From a virus, in IMG/VR virus record IMGVR_UViG_3300021467_000006, positions 1 through 64,000 of that record: a stretch of 64,000 nucleotides of DNA. One strand, given 5' to 3'. Numbering within the stretch: position 1 is the stretch's first letter; each line of letters begins with the position of its first letter. Positions 31,301 through 40,274 of the stretch are shown here, piece by piece. The position numbers were made by a program, and so were the translations under genes. The notes below the pieces were generated by a model, which had not been told where the DNA came from, did no database searches, and was given only the letters and a program-made list of their open reading frames with translations.

Positions 31301-32197
31301 ATGATTGTTATTTTTTATAATAATAGCTTGGATGGGAAAGTAGCTGCACATCATTATAGAAGAATAAAACATAAAGATGATGAAGTTAAATATATTCCAT
31401 TCTTCAGAATACCAGCGTTAAATGATTACAATTTGAAAGAAGATGATATAATCATAATACTTGGTGCTCAAGAACATATAGAAACAAATTTGAATACAAA
31501 ACAAATAAGCCATAACTTCATTGAAAGTAATAATCTATCAACGTCAGGGTTAGTATATTCACTAACAGGACTCAAATATTTACCAAAATATATAACTTAC
31601 ATTGCAAATAAGGAATTAAAACTAGGTAAGTTCAGGGAAAGCGAAGCCTTTTGTATCCAATTAGAAAATATATTAAGATCATGTAAAATACCAGAGCATA
31701 GAACATTAGACGAATTATATGATGATCCAGACGGAGAAGCATTCCAGTATTTAATGATGACCGGAGAAGCAAACTATGACCAATATCTGGATATGATAAA
31801 ATTAAATGCTGAAAGGGCTTATATAGCATTATTGGAAAACGGCCTGAAAATAGGGGTATTAAATACCAGAACTTATATTGCAGATATAGCTGATTATCTA
31901 TTAAAAGTGAAGAATTGCGATGCAGCTATTCTATGGTATATGGATAAAAAAGATTCCATAGTTTTTCAATTGAGATCTTTGGGAGCTATAGACGTATCCG
32001 AAATAGCCAGAATGTATACCGGAGATGGCTATAGAAATGCTGCAGGCTTTACAGTTCCTTTCAGGATTGGTACTGTTATACTTGAAAATATGATAGGGAT
32101 AGCAAAAGATAAAAAAAGAGAGATAAAACTAGATAATATAACGGAAACTGAATTAGAACGGATATTGAAAATCCTTGGAGTTCCAAGTTTGGAGTAA
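31301..32197 (+). CDS. degenerate DHH/DHHA1-family phosphoesterase-like protein
   Basis: N-terminal LDG; C-terminal QLRS...DVSEIA...GDGYRNAAGF resembles DHHA1 GGGHxxAAG; no DHH triad. Confidence 0.6.
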   Translation: MIVIFYNNSLDGKVAAHHYRRIKHKDDEVKYIPFFRIPALNDYNLKEDDIIIILGAQEHIETNLNTKQISHNFIESNNLSTSGLVYSLTGLKYLPKYITYIANKELKLGKFRESEAFCIQLENILRSCKIPEHRTLDELYDDPDGEAFQYLMMTGEANYDQYLDMIKLNAERAYIALLENGLKIGVLNTRTYIADIADYLLKVKNCDAAILWYMDKKDSIVFQLRSLGAIDVSEIARMYTGDGYRNAAGFTVPFRIGTVILENMIGIAKDKKREIKLDNITETELERILKILGVPSLE

Positions 32198-32200
32198 AAT

Positions 32201-34447
32201 ATGGCTGAAAAAAAGAAAGACCTTAATCTCAAAAACCTAATAAATAGCCTTAAAAAAGATTTTGGTTCCGACATCGAATTGTTTTCTGAATCTACAGAGG
32301 GAGATTTATTAACATTAGGAAATAGAGCTATTGATAAAATGCTCTATGGGGGATTACCTTTTGGGCATCTTCATGAATTTTTTGGATTATCACAAACAGG
32401 CAAATGTGTAACTCCAGATACTTATCTTTTCAGCCCTGATTATGGCTTCATAATGATAGATGATATTATTTTCCCACCTTCTGGTTATAATCTCATAACG
32501 GGTAGATACTTCACAAAAATGAAAGATTTCCTACCTCCTAATTATTGGTGGGAATTGGATTATAAAATCTGTATAGAAGGAAAACAAAAACCGGAAGAAG
32601 TAGATAAGATATATTTTGCAAAAAATGAAAAAGTCATAAGAATCATAACTTATAATGGATTCACAATAGCAGGCACTCCAGATCATAAAATAGAGGTTAT
32701 AGATAAAAATGGAAAAGTAATAGATAAAGAACTACGAGAAATCACAAAAGATGATGAAATCAAAATAGAATTACCCAATGTAACTGAATGTCCTGGAAAT
32801 AATAAACTGCCTAAATATGAAATAGTAGATGAAGAAGCAATAATAGATTATTCCATATTAACAGAATTGCCTGTTGAATTGACCAATGATCTGGTAAGTT
32901 TAATAGCTTTATTGCTTACGTTTTATGAATATAAAGATGGGGTTATATCTACCTTACCTACACAACAGTTTTCTTTGAATCAAATGAAAAGCGCAGATAT
33001 ACGCAAAACATTCAGGTTATTGCTATCCAGAGTAATAAATGTAAGCAATGAAGAACTAGATCCAAGCGAGAATATAACCCAACAATTAATACCTTATTTG
33101 TTGAATATTGGAGTAGCCTTGAATTTTCCTATAGGAGCCAGATTTGTACCTTTCTGCTTATTAAGAGCTTCTAAGGATAAGATATTACGTTTCATAATAG
33201 AATTCATGGCTCTGAATGGAAGAATGGAAAAGAAGAAATATTCTGTATTTTCTTTCTCATTTTATATACTTTATTTCATAAAGCTATATTTGGAATCATT
33301 AGGAATACAATCTAGAGGCTTTTATACATCTTCTGATGAAGATAAAGATTTTAGATATATAAATGTAATAACCCCTTTCCAAATGACCAGGTTAAGCCTT
33401 AAATTCGATAGGCAAAATATAGCTAAATTATTGAATCTTGTGGATGTAGACTTTATAGAGGAAAATTATCCTTCTAAATTTGCTTTAATGGTACAGTATG
33501 CTCATCCATATTTGGAAAAGGATTTAAGTTATGTAAAAACAACGCATGATAAAGTATATAAAATACAGAAATATAAAAGCGATGTTCTTGATATAGAAAT
33601 GCCAATACAGCATAAATATCTTGCTAATGGTTTTGTATCTCATAATTCGTTTTTCTTACAGAAAGCGCTTGCAAATGCCCAAAAACAATATCCTCCTACA
33701 ATTGGAATTATTTTAGATAGGGAAAAAGCATATACTACAAAGAGGGCTGAATTTCTAGGTATTGAAACTGATAAAGTTATACTAGCTAAACCAGCTTCCA
33801 TACCAACCCCTGAAGCAGCAAAGGATTTCATATTAGGAACTGTCAATAAAATAAGAGATAAAGATCCTGATATGCACTATCACATTGTTGTTCTTATTGA
33901 CTCCTTGGCTGCTTTTATGCCTAAAGGTCTAAAGGGTGAAGATATGGGCAAAAAAGCAAAAGCCATCCATGCTGCTTTCAGGGAATTGTTGGTAATTGAT
34001 TCCAAGACAATGATTCTATTTTCCAATCATGTAACATTCAATCCCAATGCAATGTTTACCAGTCCTAAAACGAAAGCATGTGGCACTGCACCTGATTATC
34101 TCAGAACCTGTGGTATAGCTCTGGATGCAAAAAAACCCATAAAAATAGGTACTAAACAGGTAGGGGTATATTTAGAAGTTATTGTGGATAAAACACGCCG
34201 TGGCCCCAGTTTCTCACGCACAGTTATTCCTTTCTTTTTTGCTACAGGAGTTCCAGAATGGGGTGGTTATGATAGATATTTAGCATTTGAAGGAGTATTA
34301 ACTCCTACCAATAAGCAAAAATTCAATAAAATAACAGATAATAGCTTTGAATATATCTATGAAGATAAAGATACCGGTGAAAAATATAAAATAAAGGCCG
34401 GTAATGAAAAACAATTAATAGCATTATGCAAGAAATTCAATCTTTAA
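32201..34447 (+). CDS. recA: RecA/UvsX recombinase interrupted by an intein
   Basis: GNRAIDKMLYGGLPFG, Walker A GLSQTGK/S split by the intein, LIDSLAA Walker B. Confidence 0.9.
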   Translation: MAEKKKDLNLKNLINSLKKDFGSDIELFSESTEGDLLTLGNRAIDKMLYGGLPFGHLHEFFGLSQTGKCVTPDTYLFSPDYGFIMIDDIIFPPSGYNLITGRYFTKMKDFLPPNYWWELDYKICIEGKQKPEEVDKIYFAKNEKVIRIITYNGFTIAGTPDHKIEVIDKNGKVIDKELREITKDDEIKIELPNVTECPGNNKLPKYEIVDEEAIIDYSILTELPVELTNDLVSLIALLLTFYEYKDGVISTLPTQQFSLNQMKSADIRKTFRLLLSRVINVSNEELDPSENITQQLIPYLLNIGVALNFPIGARFVPFCLLRASKDKILRFIIEFMALNGRMEKKKYSVFSFSFYILYFIKLYLESLGIQSRGFYTSSDEDKDFRYINVITPFQMTRLSLKFDRQNIAKLLNLVDVDFIEENYPSKFALMVQYAHPYLEKDLSYVKTTHDKVYKIQKYKSDVLDIEMPIQHKYLANGFVSHNSFFLQKALANAQKQYPPTIGIILDREKAYTTKRAEFLGIETDKVILAKPASIPTPEAAKDFILGTVNKIRDKDPDMHYHIVVLIDSLAAFMPKGLKGEDMGKKAKAIHAAFRELLVIDSKTMILFSNHVTFNPNAMFTSPKTKACGTAPDYLRTCGIALDAKKPIKIGTKQVGVYLEVIVDKTRRGPSFSRTVIPFFFATGVPEWGGYDRYLAFEGVLTPTNKQKFNKITDNSFEYIYEDKDTGEKYKIKAGNEKQLIALCKKFNL
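32405..33646 (+). mobile_element. intein (414 aa) with a degenerate endonuclease region
   Basis: Starts CVTPD, block B TPDHK, ends VSHN before Ser; inserted in the P-loop. Confidence 0.92.
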
Positions 34448-34459
34448 AAGGAGGTTATA

Positions 34460-34741
34460 ATGACAGAAACAAATTTAAAAGATTATGAAATTTTAGAAGA
34501 ATTTAAAGATTTCAATGTAACTGTTTTAATAAATAAAGAATATAATAAAGTTCTTGTTATGCTGGGTTATAGAGGATTAACAATAGAATTCAAACTCATA
34601 GAATTCATAACAATCATAACTACTCTTGCTCAAGCTGCTTCTAAGTTAGATATATCCAGAATAAACATGGAAAGTGAAATCGCAAATTTAGAACAAGAAC
34701 TAAAAGAAGCTGTAAGTCTGATAAAAGAAGGTAAGAAATAG
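34460..34741 (+). CDS. hypothetical protein
   Basis: ORF with AGGAGG RBS. Confidence 0.7.
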   Translation: MTETNLKDYEILEEFKDFNVTVLINKEYNKVLVMLGYRGLTIEFKLIEFITIITTLAQAASKLDISRINMESEIANLEQELKEAVSLIKEGKK

Positions 34742-35779
34742 ATGTTAATAGTTGGAGATCTGCACGCTAAAAGGAACTATATATATGATGAAGAACATAT
34801 CTCTAAGGATAGGTTCTTAAGATGCTTTACTTTGCTTTTTGAAAAACTAGCAAAATTAGCTATAAAACTAGATGAAGATACTGTTATCTTTACAGGGGAT
34901 ATTATTGATACTTCTGAAACAATAGATGCTGTTGTTTTTGATACAGTTACAACAAATTTTGAAACTTTAAAAAATACCATAGAGAATATTTTTATTCTCT
35001 GCGGAAATCATGATAGAGTTAAAGTAAAAAATTATGATTTTACACCTCTTGATATTTTTAGATATATTCATATCCACGTTATTACTCATCCCTCAGTATA
35101 TATGAAAAATGTGTATTTTTTACCTTATGGTTATGATGTTCATAATTTTGATAAAAATGAACATTATGAAATTATGATAACACATTTAGCTAATAAATTA
35201 TCTTCTCCTTTCGATAAAGAAGCCATAAACCCTGCTATTCTTCCTGCAGATATCATAATAAATGGGCATATTCATAAAACCGAACAATTCAAACTAAAAA
35301 ACAATAAAACATTCATAAACATTGGAGTTCCTTATCCAACAAGAAAAGGGGAAGAAAAGTGGAAAAACAGGATAATACAGATAAAAGATGGTAAAATAAA
35401 ATCGCATCCGCTTCATATACATAAAGTTCAATATAAAAAAGTAGAAGATCTTTCATTAATAACAAAAATAAAACCAGATAAAAATTATGAAATAAATACA
35501 TTATATCTTACAATTCCAACTTCAGAAGATATTTCTAATGATGAAATAAAATCTAATTTAGAAGGTTTCGATTCTATATATATTTTCAGGGAAAAGAAAG
35601 CTGTAGTTAAAAATCATGAAAAAGTTATGATAAATAAATTATCTAAAACCAAGCTATTTAGAAGCCTTCTAAAAGAATTTCATTCCGATTATCTTGATAA
35701 AAAACTCATGTATAAATATGGAATGAATATAATAAAAGAGGTAGATCAGGAATATGGCGAAAGCTCTGATATCCTGTAA
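34742..35779 (+). CDS. Mre11/SbcD/gp47-like metallophosphoesterase nuclease
   Basis: GDLH, GDI, GNHD and GHIH motifs. Confidence 0.9.
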   Translation: MLIVGDLHAKRNYIYDEEHISKDRFLRCFTLLFEKLAKLAIKLDEDTVIFTGDIIDTSETIDAVVFDTVTTNFETLKNTIENIFILCGNHDRVKVKNYDFTPLDIFRYIHIHVITHPSVYMKNVYFLPYGYDVHNFDKNEHYEIMITHLANKLSSPFDKEAINPAILPADIIINGHIHKTEQFKLKNNKTFINIGVPYPTRKGEEKWKNRIIQIKDGKIKSHPLHIHKVQYKKVEDLSLITKIKPDKNYEINTLYLTIPTSEDISNDEIKSNLEGFDSIYIFREKKAVVKNHEKVMINKLSKTKLFRSLLKEFHSDYLDKKLMYKYGMNIIKEVDQEYGESSDIL

Positions 35780-36539
35780 GAATTGTGGTAAAGAAAAAGA
35801 AGTCATAATAACCGCTAAAGACAGCCTTCCTAAATTCTGTAGTAGAGAATGTTCAATAGAATATATGAAAGGAAAATCTCATCCTCCTAAGAGAATCTGG
35901 ACTAAAAAGCAGGATGATCTCATAAGATTTGCTTATAGCAATTTCAAAACTTCTACAAAAGCCTTAGATTATTTGCAGGAACAGGATGTATTTAAAGGTT
36001 ATAAAAGAATTACATTATCAAAAAGAGCAACAAAATTAGGAATAGCCAAGAACATCAAAACAACCAAAAAGCTGACTAAAGAAGAAATAGAAATAATAGA
36101 GAGATTTATAGGAACTAAATCCGCAAAAGAAATAGCAAGGATGTTAAGAAGGAAGGGATATAATAGAACCTGGCGGACAATACAATACTATTGCAATAAA
36201 CGAGGAAATAGCTATAAACTCGATTATTATACTTTAGAAGAAGTCAGAGAGATCCTAGGTTTTCCATCCAGAAAGCAGATGTATAAATGGTTAGAAGATG
36301 GCTTATTAATATATGGAGGAAAGGATGGAAAAAAGCATGTTATAAAACCCATAGCAATAGCTAAATTCATACGAGAATATCCTTTTGAATTGATAAGATA
36401 TAAAGTGGATTTACCCTTTGTGGTTGCTTTATTAGACGAATTTAAACCGCACCAAACTAAGAATTGGAGTTGTAAAAAACATGAATTTAAAATTCATACG
36501 ACTGAAAGCAAGGAACTTCAGAAGCCTGAAGAATATTGA
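35754..36539 (+). CDS. DNA-binding protein (Zn finger plus HTH-like regions)
   Basis: CKNC...FCSREC; YYTLEEVREILG HTH-like segment. Confidence 0.65.
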   Translation: MAKALISCKNCGKEKEVIITAKDSLPKFCSRECSIEYMKGKSHPPKRIWTKKQDDLIRFAYSNFKTSTKALDYLQEQDVFKGYKRITLSKRATKLGIAKNIKTTKKLTKEEIEIIERFIGTKSAKEIARMLRRKGYNRTWRTIQYYCNKRGNSYKLDYYTLEEVREILGFPSRKQMYKWLEDGLLIYGGKDGKKHVIKPIAIAKFIREYPFELIRYKVDLPFVVALLDEFKPHQTKNWSCKKHEFKIHTTESKELQKPEEY

Positions 36540-38388
36540 TATAGATTTAGACCATCAAACAATAAGGCAAATAATAGGTATAAATGAAGATGAAGGCGGT
36601 TCTAATGGTAGTGGAAAGAGTAATATTTTACAGGCTTTTTGTTGGTGTTTATATGGAGAAACCTTTCCAAAATTACAGGCAGATGCAGTATTAAATGATA
36701 AATTAAAACGTGATTGTGAAGTATCTGTAGAATTCATAAGAAATAATAAGCATTATAAAGTAATAAGATATAGAAATCATAAAGAATACTCCAATAAGCT
36801 AAGAATTTTTGAGGATAATGTTGATATATCTTTTCATAAAGTCAATCAGGATTTCCTCAATAGCCTTCTTGGATTAAATTTCAAGTTGTTTCATTTCTGC
36901 AATATCTTTCAAATAGAAAGAGATTCCCTTTTTAAGATGACTGAATCGAAAAGGAAGATGTTCTTCGAGGAATTTATACAGGATATAAAATTCTTCAGGG
37001 TATTTTGTTTCGATAAGACCAAGGAATATATAAAAGAAAAAGAAGATAAATTGCAGGAATTAAATACTGATCTACAGAAAATAGATACTACTTTATTTAT
37101 GTTAGATGATTCTCTAAAGCATAAAGAAGCTAAATTAAATACATTAAAAAAAGGGCTAAAAAACGATTATGATAAATTGAATGAACAGGAAAAGAAGCTA
37201 AAGAATAAATTAGAAACTATTTCTGAAGAAATGAATAAACTAAAGAAACTTATAAATAATGATAGAATTTCCAAATTGATGAATGATCTAACATTTTTGA
37301 AATCTGAAATACAGGAAGCTACCAAAAATAAAATGGAGTTGGAATTCAAAATAAAAAGATATGAAGATGAATTGGATATACTGCAGAAGAATTTAGATTC
37401 CATAAGTAAAGATTTGCTCAGATATTCCAAAGGAATTTGCCCTTTCTGTTTTACCGATTTAAAGAAGTATAAATCCAAGAAACTGCAAAAGCATATAAAT
37501 AAGTTAGAAAAACAACAAAAAGAATTTAAAAACAAGATATCCGAAAGTATAAATAATGCTACTGAAACACAAAAAGAATATGAAAAAACATTGAAAGAAA
37601 TATCTTCTGATGAAGAACTGGCAGAAAAAATAGAGAAAGAAATAGAAGCAATAAACGCAGAAAATATAAATGCTAGGATGAAATATGATGATTATAACTA
37701 TATGAAAGTCAAAATAGAATCCGAAATAGATTTAATAGCTGATAAGAAGGAATTACTTTTAGCAAAGAAAAAAGAAATAAAAAATCTGAGGGATGAAATA
37801 ATCGAACTGGAAGGCAAAATAAACAAAATTAAAAATAATGAAAAAGAAATCAATTCAACTGTAAAAACAATAAAAAGCGATCTAGAGCATTTAAATATAT
37901 TAAAACAGCTATTCAGAGTATCCTTACCAAATAAACTTATATCTTCTTTTGTGGATATGTTTGAGTATTATATGAATAAATTTATCAATATGATGGAATT
38001 TCAAACTTTTAATATAGTAATGGAACCAGAAAAGAACACTGAAGGAGAAATAACCAAGATACCGATATATGTTATCAGGTATGATGGCATACCTAAGAAT
38101 TTTAATGAGCTTTCAGGCGGAGAGAGGCAAAGATTAATACTTGCAGAAATACTTGCAATAAAACAAATAGTAGAAGAGTTGGTTGATGTATCATACAATA
38201 TATTATGGCTAGATGAGATCTTGGACATTTCCCTGGATACCGCTGGATCTACAAAAATAAAAGATTTATTAATCAAAATACGAGAAAAGCAGGGGTATTC
38301 AATAGAATTAATCTCTCATTCTCAGGATTTAATCTTTGAAAACAAATTAATAATTAGAAAAAGAGATGGTTGGAGCACAATAAGCTAA
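36481..38388 (+). CDS. Rad50/SbcC/gp46-like SMC ATPase
   Basis: NGSGKS, coiled coil, CPFC zinc hook, LSGGE, LDE and ISH motifs. Confidence 0.93.
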   Translation: MNLKFIRLKARNFRSLKNIDIDLDHQTIRQIIGINEDEGGSNGSGKSNILQAFCWCLYGETFPKLQADAVLNDKLKRDCEVSVEFIRNNKHYKVIRYRNHKEYSNKLRIFEDNVDISFHKVNQDFLNSLLGLNFKLFHFCNIFQIERDSLFKMTESKRKMFFEEFIQDIKFFRVFCFDKTKEYIKEKEDKLQELNTDLQKIDTTLFMLDDSLKHKEAKLNTLKKGLKNDYDKLNEQEKKLKNKLETISEEMNKLKKLINNDRISKLMNDLTFLKSEIQEATKNKMELEFKIKRYEDELDILQKNLDSISKDLLRYSKGICPFCFTDLKKYKSKKLQKHINKLEKQQKEFKNKISESINNATETQKEYEKTLKEISSDEELAEKIEKEIEAINAENINARMKYDDYNYMKVKIESEIDLIADKKELLLAKKKEIKNLRDEIIELEGKINKIKNNEKEINSTVKTIKSDLEHLNILKQLFRVSLPNKLISSFVDMFEYYMNKFINMMEFQTFNIVMEPEKNTEGEITKIPIYVIRYDGIPKNFNELSGGERQRLILAEILAIKQIVEELVDVSYNILWLDEILDISLDTAGSTKIKDLLIKIREKQGYSIELISHSQDLIFENKLIIRKRDGWSTIS

Positions 38389-38396
38389 TTTTATGC

Positions 38397-38425
38397 TTGA
38401 CAAAACTTTAAATCCGTAGTATTAT
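38397..38425 (+). promoter_or_regulatory. phage promoter TTGACA-N14-TAG-TATTAT
   Basis: 17-nt spacer. Confidence 0.75.
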
Positions 38426-38637
38426 TTGAGCCAACATTAAGAGATATAAAACAAAAAAGGAGTTAATTATGGTTTTTCAACAGTTTTTCTTATTAGGAAT
38501 TATATTCTTTTTAATCATAATTTTAATACCCTTCCATAAGAAAAACAAATTTCCGCTAATAAATTTAGATACTGAACCACAAATAGATTGGGCAACATAT
38601 ATTCAATTACTAAGAAGAAAAGAAAGGGAGGATAAAA

Positions 38638-39024
38638 ATGTTATTGAAAGGAAAAGCATGTTTTCGAGGATTAGGGAAAAACTTGAGAGAAGAAATCAAA
38701 AAGATCCAGCCTGATTCAATAAAATGCCAAATAAATTATGATGGAAGATATGTAGTATTTGTCATTTATAAAGATAACAAGTCTTACGTTGGAACCGCAA
38801 TTTGCAGCGTTTTGGATGTTTTTGATGAATATGAGGGTAAAAACAAAGCTGCTGGAAGAGCAGTAAAAGCATATAAAAAAGGCGAAAGCTCTGAAAAGGT
38901 TAGAAGGGATTTTTATGATTTCCCTAATGGCTGGACTGTAAGACAGGTTATAAATGTTATCAGCCATCCTTTCAGCCATAAATCTTTGGTATTAGATAAA
39001 GAAGAAGTGTATATAGGATACTAA
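38638..39024 (+). CDS. conserved phage protein, paralog A
   Basis: GTAICSVLDVFD..EGKNKAAGRAVKAY shared with the next ORF. Confidence 0.75.
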   Translation: MLLKGKACFRGLGKNLREEIKKIQPDSIKCQINYDGRYVVFVIYKDNKSYVGTAICSVLDVFDEYEGKNKAAGRAVKAYKKGESSEKVRRDFYDFPNGWTVRQVINVISHPFSHKSLVLDKEEVYIGY

Positions 39025-39027
39025 ATT

Positions 39028-39417
39028 ATGTTTATTAAAATCCGAAATAAGTATTTTAAATATATAAATAAGAAGCTAAAGAAAAAATTAAAAGAGATAA
39101 ATCCAGATCATGTGAATATTGGAGTTAATGGGAACATAACTACATGTGAAATATATAAAGATGGAGGCGTAGCAATAGGTTTAGCTATATGTAGTACTTT
39201 AGACATCTTTGATATGAGAATAGGTGTTAATAAGGCTGTAGGGAGGGCTATCAGAGCTTATGTTACTAAACACCACAGTGGTAGAATAAGAAAGAGCTAT
39301 GATGCCTTCCCTAAGACTTGGACGTTAGAACAGGCAAGAAACGTATTAAAGGTAGATTCTTTTTTCAAATCAAGATTTTTCAACTATATCCCAAAGGGAA
39401 GAATACCTCCCGCATAA
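39028..39417 (+). CDS. conserved phage protein, paralog B
   Basis: GLAICSTLDIFD..IGVNKAVGRAIRAY. Confidence 0.75.
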   Translation: MFIKIRNKYFKYINKKLKKKLKEINPDHVNIGVNGNITTCEIYKDGGVAIGLAICSTLDIFDMRIGVNKAVGRAIRAYVTKHHSGRIRKSYDAFPKTWTLEQARNVLKVDSFFKSRFFNYIPKGRIPPA

Positions 39418-39720
39418 AGGGTAGCAGTATGAACTCAAAAGAATTTCATATGAGAAAGGGCAGATTTTTTATATCTACCGATCTCCTCAATGATAATAGA
39501 TCTCTAAAAATTATGATTAGGGCTTTCATTTGGTTACAGTTCATACCAATTGATGTAAGATGGGATTTCATACATCATAGATTTGAATATACAGGCTATT
39601 CACCTAGATTTGAACCAATCGAGGAGGGCAGCATTATGCCTGTTTATGTATTAAAAACTAATATAATCAAAAACAAATTAAAATTTAATCTCAAAAAAAT
39701 AGGTATTATTGATTTTTCTG

Positions 39721-39749
39721 TTGACATGAGTTTAAGTTCATAGTATATT
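39721..39749 (+). promoter_or_regulatory. promoter for the ncRNA array and DUF2828 gene
   Basis: TTGACA-17-TATATT with upstream TAG, the same architecture as five other promoters. Confidence 0.75.
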
Positions 39750-39763
39750 ATAATTCAAGTTGA

Positions 39764-39858
39764 TGGGTAGGCAAGTTCTTAACTGCCTTGGTAAAAATTT
39801 ATTTGTTACATTTTTTCAGCCAATCCTAAACCTCCTGGCAGAGCCACTTGCCTACTCA
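39764..39858 (+). ncRNA. candidate ncRNA closed by a 13-bp terminal stem (Y-RNA-like topology)
   Basis: TGGGTAGGCAAGT/ACTTGCCTACTCA stem; inner CTGCC/GGCAG. Confidence 0.55.
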
Positions 39859-39864
39859 AATATC

Positions 39865-40240
39865 AAGGTTGGTTACAGCAAACAAAATGCCATGCGGAGG
39901 CTCTAACACCAACCTGTTTTAAAAAATTATTAACAATTAAGGCTGACTGCAGCAAATATAATCAATGGTTTTCAGAGGTTCGATCCCTCAAAAGTCAGCC
40001 TGTAAAAAGTTAGCGGGAACTGGATGGCAGATGTTTTTCTACCCGAAAAATAGGATGGTTCGATTCCATCTTCCCGCTCTTAAAAACAAGGGAGGTTACA
40101 GCAAGTTCTATGCAACTTAGCCTCATAAGCTAACCAGAAAATGCCTCCCTGTTCTTATGAAAATAAAGGCCAAGGCTGGGTACAGCAAACTTACGCTTAT
40201 ATAGCATCGGACTTTCGAACTGATCTATAACCCAGCCTGT
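39865..40240 (+). ncRNA. array of four AAGG-N5-TRCAGCAA...N5'-CCTGT hairpin RNAs
   Basis: Units at 39865-39917, 39939-40003, 40088-40152 and 40172-40240; stems differ in sequence but keep pairing. Confidence 0.8.
40013..40078 (+). tRNA. tRNA-Gly-like element with reduced D arm; ACC in the anticodon loop
   Basis: Acceptor stem GCGGGAA/TTCCCGC, discriminator T, T arm GATGG-TTCGATT-CCATC, anticodon arm TTTTT-CTACCCG-AAAAA. Confidence 0.65.
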
Positions 40241-40274
40241 TTATTAACCTTTTTAACAAATAGGAGGTCTCTCC

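Noticed and set aside
39865-40240. Array read as a CRISPR array
   Set aside because: Units are not identical direct repeats, conservation is structural with covarying stems, spacing is irregular and no cas genes are present
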